Source of the DNA: Eledone cirrhosa
Taxonomy: Eukaryota
NCBI GenBank assembly: GCA_964016885.1
Contig: OZ024753.1
Location: forward strand, 46,004,001-46,068,000
DNA length: 64,000 bases
Direction: 5' to 3'
In this document: positions 30,083-46,410 of the stretch, in pieces
Layout of the letters: each line of letters opens with the position of its first letter
Numbering within the stretch: the first letter of the stretch is position 1
Notes under the pieces: model-generated
Told to the model about the DNA's origin: nothing
What the model saw: only the letters and a program-made list of their open reading frames with translations
The model's database searches: none
Program-made: the position numbers and the translations under genes

Positions 30083-31359
30083 TTCGTAGGCATTCATATC
30101 AAATCAAATCAATATCCATTCTTGTTTTCTTTTGGCAGTGGTGAACTCTTAGATTTAGTATGTTATGTTCACTTAATAACTGCTGTCTATCGCCGCTATT
30201 ACGTTGATGTGCTTGTTACTCTTGTTGCTTTTCTTCCTCTTCTTCTTCTTCTTCTTCGTGTTGTTGTCCTTTATTGCTGTTGGTATTTCTGAATGCAATA
30301 TCACAGTACCTCATATATAGTAGCTTTATATATTATATATATATATCGCAGCTATATCTATATATATTATATATGTTGCTGTACATTTTTTTCTCGAATT
30401 TGATGGATGTCAATTGTAGCGCATTATCAAGTGCATACAAATTGATAAATACATAATGTTTCTTCTCTTGTCTAGCATTTTGTTGTTATTGTTGTTGTTG
30501 TTGTCGTTGATGTGCTGGTGGTGCTGGTGATTTTGTTGTATTTATTGAAGTTTCATTTTTGTTCTATATATTCTCGTTTCGTTTAAAATAAACAGTATCT
30601 CCTCAGACATTATATATATATATATGTATATATATATTTGTTAACAGAAGCACTAAGACTGCGTTACAACATAATTTATAAAAGCATACAGTGTATGTGT
30701 ATGTATATATGAAATTAACAAATTGTTAGGCTTGCTATCAAAGAAAAAACATGGTCCTATTTGTGGATTTATATGATTCGTTAAGCATCTGTATAGTCAC
30801 TTACTGTATAGGCACTAAACTGTGTGTAACATTCTCTACGCTTAAAGAAAAACTGAATGGTACCTAAGCATTCGGCTATGCATGTAGCCATCTTCTGAGA
30901 AGAAATAGATGGAATAATCTAATACGTTGAAGTCTAATAAGGCAATAACAAGAGAGATAATTAAACAGAGATACATTTCTGATCAAGATATTCAATTATA
31001 TTTTGTTTTGGAATGAAAGTTTCAACGAATGTGTGTTATTGTAAATGTTACTAATGGCTGTATCAGTCCTTAGAGGTTAGAAATAGCGGTTTGCTGGTAA
31101 TTAGGCGAATACTTTGAATTTGGAATTATCCTGAGATTGTCAGACAGTTACTATATATACAATTTCTAGTTTAGTGACGTTCGTAGTGGGTTGTCCGTAT
31201 TTAAACCAATTTGGTCACTCAGAATCGCAGTGAGAGTGGTCTTTATTTGTGAAACATGTCGTAAGGGAATATGTAAACTTCCTTATTGCCATGGATAAGA
31301 GTAATTTGCTTAATTAAACATACAACGTATAAAATATGTAGGTTAACGACAACGACAGC

Positions 31360-31403
<44 letters not shown>

Positions 31404-31606
31404 GATATTAAATAAATGGAAACTATATTTATAAAATACATTTATTTAATATCATTGAATATTATACTCCAGAAAAACTGTCGAGTGCTCTGAATTAGTT
31501 ATAAACATTTATATTTGTTGAATTACCAACAAATTGAATATCCCGTTTGCGTATATATATATAGTGGGGTTGAATGTTTATTGGTGTATGTGTGTTGTGT
31601 GTGTAC

Positions 31607-31651
<45 letters not shown>

Positions 31652-32341
31652 CACATACATATATTAGTCTGTGTGTGCCAATGTTTGTGCTGTGTTTATG
31701 TCTGTATGCATGTATATAATTATATATGTATACATGTATGTATTTGTAATTTAACGATGTTACATTTGCACGTTAGCAACAGGTGTCGATTTATCTGAGT
31801 TTTCCCATTCAACAGTCAATGACACACTCAATCAGTCAATGACACACTCAATCAGTTCATGAGTGACAATTAATGTTGATATCATGATAGGACTGTGAAC
31901 TGTGTATGACAACCTCTTTACTCTGTATAGGAAACAATAACACAGGAAAAAATACATTTACCTGAACTGGTAGAGACTTCCTTTGCCTCATGTTAAAACT
32001 GTGATTATAAGTACAACTGCAAATTTTCAGAAAGTACATAATCCAAGGGGCTGCGGAAACATCATCATTAGCGCTGCACCACGTGTGAAGATCCGTAGAC
32101 ATTTAGGTAGTGAGGCAGCTGTGGGTGTCACATACATTAGTGGAATATATCGCCTTGCTCGCGGACACTCTGTATCGCTTGGTTCAGTAGTCGATCTCAC
32201 AACCTAATGTTATCTAGCAACAACAGTCTATTAGAGTAGTTTGGTGGGAGTAGGCTAAAAATACGACACTGGGTTCGATTTACTCGAATTTTCCCTCCCC
32301 CCGAAATCGCTGGTTTTGTGCCTATAGTAGAAATTATCATA

Positions 32342-32374
<33 letters not shown>

Positions 32375-32877
32375 AATATTTAAGGCAAACTCACAGCTTT
32401 GTTAACACGTTGGAAAGAATGGTGGGATTAAACTTGCCTGTCAGACTTTTGAGTTCTCTACCAAAGTACCAGCCTAATACAGGTGTTGATTCCTTCTCCA
32501 TATCTCTTTCTTACTTCCACTTTACCACTCTCTCAGTCAGTCTGTCTTTCTCTTGCCTTCCCTTCACTGGAATATATTTGCTATCTTCAGAATTAGAGAG
32601 GTGGCTTTGACGGGTTTCAAGTGCCAACGACACTGTATATATATATATATATATATATATTCATATATACACACTGGTATTACACAGTGACGCTGCTAGG
32701 TCTATATATTTATATATATATATTTATAGTATATATTAGCTAAATAAATTGAAATCTTATTTGCCGAGCTGGGGAATTATAAGTCAATTGAGATGTGTTG
32801 AAGCGGACAACAACTCTCACTAAATACAGCGTGAAATCTAATTTGATAAAATCTTTATGAGATCTAATTTAACTTAT

Positions 32878-32963
<86 letters not shown>

Positions 32964-35599
32964 TTGGAAATCGATGTACACATATATGTATATTAATGAA
33001 TTGTTTTTTTTTTCTTTAATTTAGTTCAACTTTTTATCTATATATCGTAATTAAATTTTATTGACATAAAATTTCCTTGTTCTCTTTTCTTCTTTGCTTC
33101 CTTGACTTATGCACCAATATCTCGTAATGCAGGGTGGTTTCATGAGTTCGATTCCTGGCATGGGTGTTGCCTTGTGCTCCACATCTAGAAAATTTATTTT
33201 ATTTTACTGCGGCCCATTCGGCTGAAATAAATAGTGATCCACCCGCATCTGTTTGTTGACTCCTTCAGGTAGATACTAAGAACTTTTCCATAGCCCCTGT
33301 TTTTGGTGGGATAAATTGAGGAAGGGATCTACGAACCCGAATCCTAGCCTGAATGCTTGAAATAGAGTTTTTCATATCTGTGCGACGAATTTAATCTACT
33401 ACAAAACGTAGTAAAAACAAGTGTAATACTATTGCTGTATATATAATAGAATGGGGCATCTTAAACTTCGATTTCTTTTAATGTTGTGATATTGACTGCA
33501 TTTTTTTATTATGTTAAAAATCTTATTAATTTTGGGAGCAATTTATAAGTTTGCTATCTATGGGGTGGGATCGTGTGTGTTATATGTCACACTATTGTGA
33601 CGAATAATTTGACACCTCATGAAATGAATTTAAAAAATAGAATAAAATGATTTTGTGTATCTTTATATGGAGAAAATGACTCTAGGCTTTGATTATCAAA
33701 CAAATGTAATTGATGTTGAATATTTTCAGAATTTTTGGCAAAATGATTAAAACAAACAAATGTTATGGAGATAGTCGCATTTTCTACCCCCTCCTACGAT
33801 ATGGACTGCTTTTATATTCTTTCACCAATGTTAGTGTCTTTCTTTTATTACAGTCTGTGTATAATGGTATTGTATGTATTAACTAGCAATAATCTGATCA
33901 GATCCACAATATTTTGAGAGGAAATATGTCAGTGTTGAGATATAACGTATTCTTCACTATTTTATTTCAACACTAAATTTACGGTGCTCAAATTTGGCAA
34001 CATTTCGCTTGACCTTTCATCCTTTCATCTCTATGGAGTTTGTAAAGCATGCCAGAATGATGCAGTATTGCTGACTCACTTCACTATATTCAACGACAGC
34101 AATGATTAGCCATCGGAGATTAGAAGTCAACACGGAAAATAATCAATAATGTAAGGCATCGTAAAAAAAGGGGGTACAAGATAAGAGGACTGCTATAATG
34201 CCGAGCTAAATAGGTTATTCTGTTCAATGTCCCCATTCTTCTCCGGAGATTAAGCAAGAAAATAATGTGATACAATTGAAATTCTGTTAATACTCAACAT
34301 TTTATTTTAACCTTTTATTCCCGTTTTTTTTTTATTATTCCGAAAAGATGATAAAACCCGAATCAAGTTCAACGCTAAACTTCATAAATATGTGAACCTG
34401 TGCCAACGTTAAAAATCAATACTGTTTAGTGAAATATGGATGATCGATGGTAAAAATCAATAGATTAACAGTGTTACAGGTAAATCTCATTACTTTAGGA
34501 GTTCAAACCTTGAAATGGTTGACATTGTCTTTTATCATTTTGGGGTAAATTAAATAAGTACCAATGAAGTACTGTGATCTATATAATAGACTATATGCCA
34601 GACACATATTATAAAGTAATATTATTATAAAACACAATATCAGAGGAATGCTACAATGCAGAACTAAACATGTTATTCTGTTTAGCTTCTCCATTCGACT
34701 TCGGATATTAAATGAAAAACAATGTAACACAATTGAATTTCTCTTATTACTCAATAGTATATATTTTTTCTGAATAATTCAACATTATTTTTTTCGAAAT
34801 ATAATGAATAAAGAAACAAATTCTCCCATAAATCCCATTGAATCTTTGTTTGCACAAACGAAAGTCTTTGAAAAAAAATATAGATGAAAAAATCTGACAT
34901 TTTGATTGTCATTGTGTAAGTGCATTTTTTTAAATATATTTTTTTTACATTACTCATTTCATATTTGCAATATTATTTATCACCAATTTTTTTGTATATT
35001 AAAGATGTTATAAGTTCACTACAAACTAGTTAATACCTTGCATAGCAAAGGTTAGTATTTCGAATTATAGTAACAATCGATTTTCGTTTACTTCATTTAC
35101 AAGCTTCGTTTACTTTTCTGTTTTTTTTTTATGTATTTCAACACATAAACTATTTCCTGGGTAGGTAATACTTTCCATTTGTGTATTTATTTTTCTTTTC
35201 AGATCACAATCAGAAAATATAAAATGTACAATATTCTATGTAAAATTTAACTCTGCCAACAACAATAACAAAGAAGAGTTGTAAAATATTAGATAAAAAG
35301 AAACATTAATCCAGTCACGAACTCCAACTGTTTCTACGTCGAATACACCAAAGCAAAGAGTAGGTTGCCTCTATGTGGTAGTGGATTCTACTAGACATAG
35401 CTGCGAAATATTCCTCATGCTCGTTATGTCATTCAATTTAATATTTCTAGAAAGAAGGTATCTAATAATATTATTCGAGATGTGTGAGAAAAAAAGGCCA
35501 GATTTTCAGACCGGATTGACTCTCGTACTCGGTATGTCCGATCAGAGCTAAGCTTAAGTCAGTCAATAGCAGTAATTTCGATTTATTTGTCTATAAATC

Positions 35600-35900
35600 T
35601 CTCCTATTGCAATAGCCTGGGATTCAAGGGCGCTCAACTCTTCAACAAGCTGCCGAGGGATCTGAGAGATTTGCATGACGTGGAGGTGGATGTCTTCAAG
35701 AAACATCTCGACACCTTGTTATCCAGGATCCCGGATGAGCCCACAGCAAGACACGAGGGAAACCTAAGGGCAGCAGCAACAAACTCCCTCTTACACCAGT
35801 GGCCAACCTATACAGGCTGGAGATAAAATGTGTAGCAACAAGGGCGGTGCCCCAGCATGGCCTCAGCCGGATGGCTGAAACAGGTAAAAGAGTAAAAGAG
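35600..35900 (+). mobile_element. 3' end of a CR1/L2-group LINE (ORF2 C-terminus and 3' UTR)
   Basis: NSLGFKGAQLFNKLPRDLR...FKKHLDTLLSRIPDEP...RAAATNSLLHQ, followed by a short repeated tail gtaaaagagtaaaagag. Confidence 0.8.
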
Positions 35901-36061
35901 CATGTGTCTAGACTCTACGCTACACGTATCAACTCACTGTGTGACGTATCTGACACTATAGAGATTTATAAAAACGAAAAACAGTTCGTTAGAGATAAGT
36001 ATGACTTGCCAAATACATAGGCGTTAAAATAGATGTTAAAAAATGACATGTGTATAGAGAG

Positions 36062-36062
36062 T

Positions 36063-36093
<31 letters not shown>

Positions 36094-36589
36094 CGTATAT
36101 ATATATACATATACGTATATATATATATACATATACGTATATATATATACATACGTATATATATATATATATACATACGTATATATATACATACGTATAT
36201 ATATATACATACGTATAATTGATACGTATATATATATATAGTTATATATATATATATATACATATACATACGTATATATATATATATATATACATATACA
36301 TACGTATATATATATATATATATATACATATACATACGTATATATATATATATATACATATACATAGGTATATATATATACATACAAATACATAGGTATA
36401 TATATATATATACATATACATACGTATATATATACATATACGTATATATATAAATATACATACGTATATATATATACATACATACGTATATATACATACA
36501 TATGTATATATATATATACAGACATACGTTTATATATATATACATACATACATATACATACATACGTATATATATAAATACATACATAC

Positions 36590-36625
<36 letters not shown>

Positions 36626-36654
36626 GTATGTATATATATATATACGTATGTATG

Positions 36655-36686
<32 letters not shown>

Positions 36687-36732
36687 GGTATGTATATATA
36701 TATATATATGTATGTATATATATATATATATG

Positions 36733-36775
<43 letters not shown>

Positions 36776-36788
36776 ATATATATGTATG

Positions 36789-36819
<31 letters not shown>

Positions 36820-36824
36820 GTATG

Positions 36825-36859
<35 letters not shown>

Positions 36860-36864
36860 GTATG

Positions 36865-36895
<31 letters not shown>

Positions 36896-37449
36896 ATATA
36901 TATATGTATGTATATATATGTATATATATATGTACGTATATATATGTATATATATATATGTATATATATATATATACGTACGTATGTATATATATATATA
37001 TACTTATGTATGTATATATATATACGTATTTATGTATATATATAGTGGCTGCCAACTCGTTTTCGAGTACGGCCTCTACTTTATATCCATGTAGGAGAAC
37101 CCTTACCGATGCGCTGAACGAGTGTGACTTTTTAGTCCAGCCAGCGACTTGAAAACTCTGGTACAAACACTACACTTGTGACAATTATTGACACATAATG
37201 CTGGGCCCATGGTACCATGTGACGACAAGTGCAGAGAGATCTCCAGATATAAAGCAATGCCTGTGTGTGCCGTGAAACTTTTATAGTGAGCAAAGGCACT
37301 GCACAAAGCCAGTACGTATATATATATATATATATATATACGTACATACGTACATACATATATACATACATATACATACATATGTATGTATGTATGTATG
37401 TATATATATATATATATATACATATATATGTATATATATATATATATAC

Positions 37450-37482
<33 letters not shown>

Positions 37483-37742
37483 CGTATATATGTATATACG
37501 TATATATGTATGTATACATATATACGTATATGCATATATACGTATATATGTATGTATACATATATACGTATATACATATATACGTATATATATATATATA
37601 CATACAACAAAGGAAATTGATTAATGTCCGGATATTTTCTACTAATTCAATTAAAATCTACAATAAATTATACTTAACATTGGCAACATCGGTTACATGT
37701 ATGCCCCCCCCCCTCCCTCTCTCTCACTCTCTCTCTCTCTCT

Positions 37743-37816
<74 letters not shown>

Positions 37817-37848
37817 GAAAGGTATAGAAATTGTTTTAGCGAGAAGCT

Positions 37849-37884
<36 letters not shown>

Positions 37885-37958
37885 CATATATACATATATA
37901 GATGTAAATATCTATGTGTAAATATCCATGCATGTAAATAAATATGTATGTATAATAA

Positions 37959-38010
<52 letters not shown>
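36062..38010. repeat. (TA/TACG/TATG)n compound microsatellite hosting an RTE-derived copy
   Basis: Low-complexity tract seen directly. Confidence 0.95.
37045..37313 (-). mobile_element. Non-autonomous RTE-derived element, 5'-truncated copy
   Basis: Reverse complement of the 3' ~270 bp of 14600-15208. The ORF track shows [26 protein letters not shown]. Confidence 0.85.
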
Positions 38011-38012
<2 letters not shown>

Positions 38013-38406
38013 CGTGTGTGTGTGTAAAAAAAAAGACTGCACAGTACAAGGAAGACATATATAATATATTTATTTACTGATTGATATCGTAGGAAGAGTC
38101 TTTATGTTTTGGACAGAAATCCTACATCAGAAGATGGAATGAGAAATAAAAGGTTAAATATTTAGAGAGTAAGAAGAGAAAGAAACGTCGAATATGTTTT
38201 TGAGAATAAGCATGTGTGTATTCCTACAGGTAAACATATCCAGGATATAAAGTATCTCAAGTCCGTATGTTTTTCTGGTTCATTTTCATCGGCGCAATTT
38301 AAACAATTTGGTCCGTTGTGTCAACGAAACGTACGTACCAGGTATGTCACCGTTGCAGTAATTGGTCTCAATAATTATATAGATATATATTTGTGTGAGT
38401 CTGTGC

Positions 38407-38437
<31 letters not shown>

Positions 38438-39110
38438 TTCGTGTGTGTGATAGTAGTGGCAAATAATTATTATAGGCAAATAAAAAAAATCCTAAAATGA
38501 AAATATAAATATATGAAACAAAAGAATTAGATTTAAAAACGTGAAAACAAAAGTCATTAATTAATGTCTGAAAATTGTAATTATAGCAACGGGGAAATAG
38601 AAAAACAAAATGGAAGGCAGAATTCGTAAATCATAATTAAATTTTAATCATGTCTTAAGAGGGTCACTAACAGTAATGTTTCAAATATCAGTTTTATTTT
38701 ATACAAGTTTACACACACACACAAATCTTCTCCCTCATCAGCTCTCAAACCAAAATGGTTTCGCACAATTTAATTAAGAGTACCATAGTGCAGCATCCTA
38801 GCTCCGCAGTGCCGTATTTTGTGACCCTATCTCCCCATTTCCATACTGCAACATCCTAGTACTATATTTCCATACTGCAACATCCTAGTTCTATATTTCC
38901 ATACTGTGTCACTCAAACTTCCCAGAGCCTTACTTTGTCTCAAAAATTTACATTGTCCATTTATATACACTAGTGCTATACCTTTCCGTGTATCTTCAGA
39001 TAATTTTATTCGGAAAACAAAATATTTAATTGGAATCTTGTTGTTCTTTGGATTAGCATAGTGTTGCCAGAATCTTTCTGGGCAACAAGTTTGTTCGCCA
39101 TAGATTTAAA

Positions 39111-39298
39111 ATAATTGTTTCTACTTTTGTCACAAGGCCAGCAATTATCCCAGTGTATTACTGGTACTTTATTTTATCGACCCCGTAAGGATGAAAGGCA
39201 AAGTTAACCTCGGTGGGATTTGAACTCAGACCATAAAGGGTCGTAACTCTTTGCTGCAAAGCATGGCGTCCGACCCTCTACCGATACTGCCAATCCAC
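39111..39298 (-). mobile_element. tRNA-derived SINE, near full length
   Basis: Reverse complement of the 57352 family. Confidence 0.9.
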
Positions 39299-40205
39299 AT
39301 TAGTGGAATATACACCTATTGGTTATGCCATTAATTGCAAACTATTCTATCCACAACTTGGTAACAAGAAGATGTAAACTCTTACAGTAAGAAATTAGTA
39401 TAATACTAACTATCGATTACCTCACGAGAGAGGTAATCGATACGTACTATATTATTGTGAACAGTGTTAGCTATGTTTTGTATCAATATCATCGCGTCAT
39501 CTTCACTAATCCGACCGTCAGCTTGTGCAACATTTTTCACGACGAGATCATTTTTGTCAACATAACGAGATTACGTTGCTAAGTTAATATTATGTGCAGC
39601 TTGTTTGTGTTTCAACTGTCTATGCCAGCATACCTTGAAAACATTGACGATGCCTGTAGCAATCACAATTCCATTCTTACGAAAGTAAAAAATAAAAGCT
39701 TGACACCGATAAAATCTGTTCAATTACTAGATTATAAATAGGTTGAAGTTGCAGGGTTTTAGTTACTAGATTGTAGACACAACGAAGAATATCTTAACTC
39801 AAAGAAATAAATTACAACTTTTTATTGCCATATAATGTTAAGGACAAATATACCATCTAATGATGTCCCTGTCAGTGTATGAGAAAATTGTTAGCGCTAT
39901 CTGACATTCTCAGACTCGAAATACGCATACATATATAAACAAGCGTGTTCGACAGACGGAAACGCTGTGAATTTAACCATATTTTGTATAATACTGATTT
40001 GCAGGCGGTGTGTTTCTTTAGATCAGCCCTTGTTGTTAACTGGTAGTTCATTCTATCGATCTTGGAAAGGATAAAAGACAAAGTTATCATCGGTGGGATT
40101 TGAACTCGGAATGTAGAAATTCAACTAAATACAGCAAAGCATTCTGTCTGACAATCCACTGAAAGGTCAATTTACCAATAAGTTGAGAAAGATTATATAA
40201 ATATG

Positions 40206-40393
40206 CGAGGTGTTGCTGAAAGGTTCCTGGCTTTGGGTAAAAGAAAATACAGGAGGATCTGTTAATCACAATTTTATTCAACATATTCCCTTTTCAGATT
40301 CATATAGTTAGTGTAGAGGTCCTTCGGGTTTTCTGAGCCCTGTAAAAGAACTCGGTGGTTTGGGCTTCCAACAAGACCTCTATAGCCGCGATC
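40206..40393 (-). mobile_element. Mariner transposon remnant (right TIR and decayed transposase C-terminus)
   Basis: TIR-like cgaggtgttgctgaaaggttcctggct. The minus strand gives IAAIEVLLEAQTTEFFY, then a decayed ...G.YVE* end (ttattcaacatattccc). Confidence 0.7.
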
Positions 40394-41402
40394 ATGCGAG
40401 GAACTCTTCAGTGTCCCCCTCCTAGTAATACTTTAAAGATCAGAATTGTTTCTGATTGTTCACCAATATTGACAACAAGAATTGACTTTACGGTTCTAAC
40501 GAGTTTATCTATTAGTGGTTTACCGGCCTTCCAAAAGCCTGACAGTGTATCAATAAATCCCCGTTCCAGGTAATTCCTTAATTCTACACCCGCTTTGGAA
40601 AAGCTTAAATTCTATTGTCCATTAATTCTGTAGTCCTGGCGCTAATATTTTCTTTATCTTTAAAATATCTGTTTTGTCATACCGAAGCAAATCAAGAAAA
40701 ATATACTACAATTAATACAATCATTTTTTTCTTTTAATTTGTATCTTTGTAGGCAACATATTCAACATTACATATTATATTATAGAAAAAGAGAGGAGAT
40801 CGGTAATATTATGAAAGAAAATAATCTCTTGATAGCACTCATTTTATATAACTTTGCATATCGACCGACTACTATATATTATGTCAATGTAGTTGTTAAT
40901 AGGAGGAGGGGTGGCAATTTATTTTTCAAACATATAGATGAAATCCCTTGTCAAGTTTTACCTTGAAATATTAAGGGATAGTAATTTCTGGAATGTGTTT
41001 GTAAATGCATGAAAAAAATTAATGTGAAGCTCCTGTTTATGTTTTTGTTTAATAGCTTGTATTATATGTTTACCCTCGCACAAAAGCTATAAACATTCAG
41101 CATATTCATTTGATGAAGCCATTATACAGTATGCTAATCACATGGTACAGAGATTATCGCTTTTGTAAGCAGGAGCTGTGTGTATTTTTTTTTTTATCGG
41201 GAACATTTTAAAAGGTCCCCTTATTGTGTGAGAAGGTCATAAATAACAATCAATTTTAATAACTACATCAATTTTCCTGCATCTTCTTTATATTTCCCTC
41301 TCTCACTTTTTCTCTCATTCGCTCTCTATCTCCCCTCTCTGCCTATATACATGTGTATATATGTGTGTTAAGTATTTTCGAGGAAAAGGTAAAGGAAAGA
41401 AC

Positions 41403-41460
<58 letters not shown>

Positions 41461-42139
41461 GTGTCACTGTTAATGTGTTGAACATATGCATGAACGTATG
41501 ACTTTAGAGACGAAAAAGAGCTTTTTGCCATTCTCTACAAAACGGTTGCCTTATGAATGAAACTCCCCTCCCCAGTCAAATTGTAATGTGTGAGTACATG
41601 TATATTTACCAGTTTAAAATGTGTATGAATATACATAAATAAAATATATTTAATTGAAAACTGTATACGGAGCAATTAATATATAAATATATGTACATAA
41701 TATCTGGAAGTATGAACTTTAAAAACTTAACCTATTTTTTTTACTGTTATTAAAGCTGCAATATCAATGCTTTTAAAACGACATACTTTAAAGATTAGCT
41801 TGGCCACATTTATTTATACACAAATGTTTGTGTTGTGTGTGTATGTGCGAGTGAGGGTGTATATCTGTTTTTTAATGTATATATACATATAAACATGTTT
41901 ATGGATGCATATATATATATATATTGAGGGAGAGTGGAGAGGCGGAGAAATAGAGAATAAAAGCAACATTTCTCATGGCTTTGTCGAATTTACTAACTTT
42001 CATTAAATATTTTTCAGAATCCGTCATTAATGAAGCAGTTTAAATACACAAGGGTGCTCATTAATAACGGACAGAAACGGGCAGAAAATAACTGCACTAA
42101 ACAAGCTAAAACCAATACGAAGAGAAATGAATAACATTA

Positions 42140-42530
42140 TGAAGAGACATAAGACTCTCCATCTTCTTGTATGCACAAAGACAGGTTTCTCGCTGAAGAG
42201 ACACAGAGATAAATACAGGTACTAGAAATGAGATGCTGCAGCAAATTTGTAGCCATCTCATACACTGACGATATTTTAAACGAGCAGGTCCACAAACAAT
42301 TCAACCTCATTTTAGCTTTCATGAAAACCTCATAAGTGTGACGGGGCAAAAAGTTGAGATTTTATAACTATTAAAAAACCCTGGTGGTCCTCCAAAAACC
42401 ATCCTATGAGTAATTGTTGGTTGGACTAGAGAGCGTGAAGCGAGACAACGTTAAAGAGCGAAGTAAATCTTTAGCTGAGACACACGATCAGCGACATAAT
42501 GGAGACAACTGGTGGACTGCATGTGAAATG
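42140..42530 (+). mobile_element. Decayed RTE-clade LINE ORF 3' fragment
   Basis: SIFLYA, IQVLEMRCCSKFVAISYTDDILNEQV, PKTIL and DNVKE occur in the order expected for RTE post-RT motifs, with multiple frameshifts. Confidence 0.7.
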
Positions 42531-44742
42531 TGAAGCTGGCGTAGGTGTTATTACAGGATTTGTGGGGCGACTATATTATACGATCATTGCTTTGTGTTTT
42601 AGTTTGAGACAATCACAGGAACGGAGAGGACTTGATGCCGAGAATAATAGAAGTTTCTAAAGGCACCATTCTATAACACACTATCGAATGCCACACATTT
42701 AATAATAATAGTGTCTCATTTTGTCACAAAGCCAAACAATTTGGAAAACGAGAACATTGATTATCTCCACTGGTCTTTATTTTAGCGATTTTGGAAATGC
42801 AAATGACGGACAAAATTGAATTTGGCAGGTTTTGAACTCAGAATGTATCACACTCCATATAGTAATAATAATAATACACATATAATAGAGACATATATAT
42901 TTTATATATTCACAATACACATTATTAAACAACTGTAATTCGTATTTTTGAATCCTTTTGATATTTTTCTATGGAATAATGTTGGTGTCCTTGATTCCAT
43001 ATAAATTTCCGAACTTCACTGACCGCAAGGGAATCTTTGTTATACGTAAGTGCCACTTCAAATACCTCTCTGATTCTGTCCTGAAAATGCGGATATTCTT
43101 TGAAGCTTATATTATACTCAAGATCCGGAGAAATAGCAGAAAAGGATTTACAATAGAATCGTTTGAAATGAATGTTGTACCAAACGATATTATCATTATG
43201 GTGGAGTTTCTACTATGAATTCCCTTTTATGTGAAGTGTTGCCCACTTGAACTTTACCTGTTTAGTTACACTTTATAAACGCACAGACACTCATAAACAC
43301 ACATACACTCACTCACACATATATATATATATAATGTGTGTGAGTGTGTGTGTGTGTATAAATATTTCATCTACAATTGTTTTCCTAGGAGGAAAGGAAG
43401 GTGGGGGTAGTTCAATACGGTACGGTTATCAATATATTAGTAGAGAAGAAACAATTGTATTTCATATAGAAATGACTTCTACAAGACTATAAACACTTGA
43501 TTCGTTTGAAAGCACCAAGACACTGCATATATACACGACACATACGCACATATACACATACTAACATATATATATAGAGAGAGAGAGAGCGAGGGAGATA
43601 TATGTATATGTGTGTGTGTAGCTGTGTGTAGATGCGTGTGTGTATCTTTATGAAATATATATTCTGCGACTGTGTATGATCTTGCTTGTGTGTATGTATG
43701 TGTCTATATATCTGTAATTCTGGTAGAAATATTACGATACTTTAGAGTTACATCCGTCGTTATCCAGCAAATGTGAGTCTAAACCTTGAATAGAAACTGT
43801 TAGATAGAGCAACTTACTTCCACAGAAATTACACCATATACGGCCTAGAAATATGTAAAGCACGTATACGAGCATGTGATGAAAGATTGCCTGTTTCAGA
43901 GAACCATGAACAACGCCGGTGTATAGGATAAAATACATTATAATGACACGTTTTCTGGCTAAATATCAAATAACTATGACGATCAGATGCAGAACGAAGG
44001 AACAACGTTTGTATTTCAATGTGGTTATCTGATCTCTCAGAAACATCAACCAAATCACATCCAGCCATTTGTGAAAGTCAGAATCATTTCGATTAATGTT
44101 GTATTCCGATCCAAGGGAAGTAATAATGGGGGGGGGGGGTGACGACATTCGTGTCTCGGTCAGATTATTATTTTGAATGTAATTATAATTTTTATATATC
44201 TATGTGTTATGTATATGCATGTTTGTGTGTTTGTGTGTGTGTTTTTCAGTGTATAATTATATAAATTATTGTAGAGAAAGTTTGTATTTATTACGTTGTG
44301 GGAGGATGTATATTTTTAAGGGAGTATGAGATGTATATTTGTGTAATCGGGTGTGTATTTTTGTGTACATTATTTAAATAGATTATTGCATTTAAACTAT
44401 ATCAAAGTGCAGGGTGGTATGTGTATAAATATGAGACAGACGTAGTTTGTGTAAATTATAAGTGTGTGTGTGTCTGGGCTTGTGTACTTTCATGTTGACA
44501 GATATGATGTGCTTGCACCCTCTAAATATTTCATTTTGTTCAAGTATTTATTATAGGATATAAAACCCTGCAATAACCTGAATTGTTCCTTTATGCCAAG
44601 TAATCATCTCTCAGATCCTTTAATATGAGGACCTGACCTGACAAGGATATCCCATATAATCATATATAACGCCCCTTTATCCTTTAGCTGATATGTATGT
44701 GTGTGTGAGGGTATCATATACATAAGCGTGTGTGTGAGTGTA

Positions 44743-44846
<104 letters not shown>

Positions 44847-45262
44847 TTATATACATATATACACATAAATATATATATGTATGTATTTATAATGAATATG
44901 TATATATGCCAACATACATGAATTTAATCCCCCTCACAGACACACACAGGTATGTATGTATGTGTGAACGTGTGTATCTATGTGTTTATTGTTGTGTGGG
45001 TGTATATAGATACCATTGTCTATATATCTGAATATGTTGAATGTATGCATTTATAAATGCAAATATACATATGCACGTATTTATGTGTATTTATATATTG
45101 AATGGCAAGAGACAATGGAAACCAATACAGTGTAACAGCATGAAATGTAGTAACATAGTCTAAGATGAAAGTCAGTGACTGACACGATCAATATATTACA
45201 AAGATGAAACAATATATCTATACTTATATATATGTCTTTATATAGATAGATAGATATGTCTT

Positions 45263-45353
<91 letters not shown>

Positions 45354-45378
45354 CTTTATATAGATAGATAGATAGATA

Positions 45379-45454
<76 letters not shown>

Positions 45455-45606
45455 GATGTTATAACCTCATTCTTTTGCTATTTCTTCTCATCTCTTTCAT
45501 CTCCAATATCAATGAGAATCTATTGTAATAATAATAGAAATAATAATAATAATTTTAACGAGATTGGCTGTGTATACATATAATGTGTCGTTATTTCACT
45601 AACTAG

Positions 45607-45687
<81 letters not shown>

Positions 45688-45757
45688 TGTATATGTGTCT
45701 ATATGTGTGTATATTTATAGTCATACAGAGGATTATTTATATATATAAAGGTATACA

Positions 45758-45822
<65 letters not shown>

Positions 45823-46370
45823 ATTAGTAGCGTATGTATGTATTTATGAACATATATATGTTTGTATGCATGTATGTATGTTTATATGTATATATGTGTG
45901 TGTGTGTGTTTGTGTGTGCCAACATATATAAACAGAAGCAAAGACAGGATGAGAATGTGAGAACGAGAATCAAACGATACAACATTTATGTGTTTTGTAA
46001 GTTTAGTAGAAATATGACTACATAATGTCTACCAATTCTCTACAACATCCTTGTCATCGTTATTACCATCTGCGTCCGTGTCATCTATGTACACACACTT
46101 ACAAAATTCTTTCCTTCATTAATAGCTAATTCATTTTCTGAACGTGATATTATACATAATGTGATACTATACATAAACACATAAACATACACACAGACGG
46201 ACATATATACACACATTTACAAATGCAGACACAAATATATATATATATATATATATATATTAACAATTATGATAACGACAATAGTTGTTTATATGTACAT
46301 AATTATGTGTGTATATAAATGTATATGTACATATATAAATATATATGTACATAACTGTATATATATATAA

Positions 46371-46408
<38 letters not shown>

Positions 46409-46410
46409 CT

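Noticed and set aside
31857-32207. Overlapping ORFs on both strands in moderately GC-rich sequence
   Set aside because: No recognisable domain and no consistent acceptor/donor pair with an open frame.
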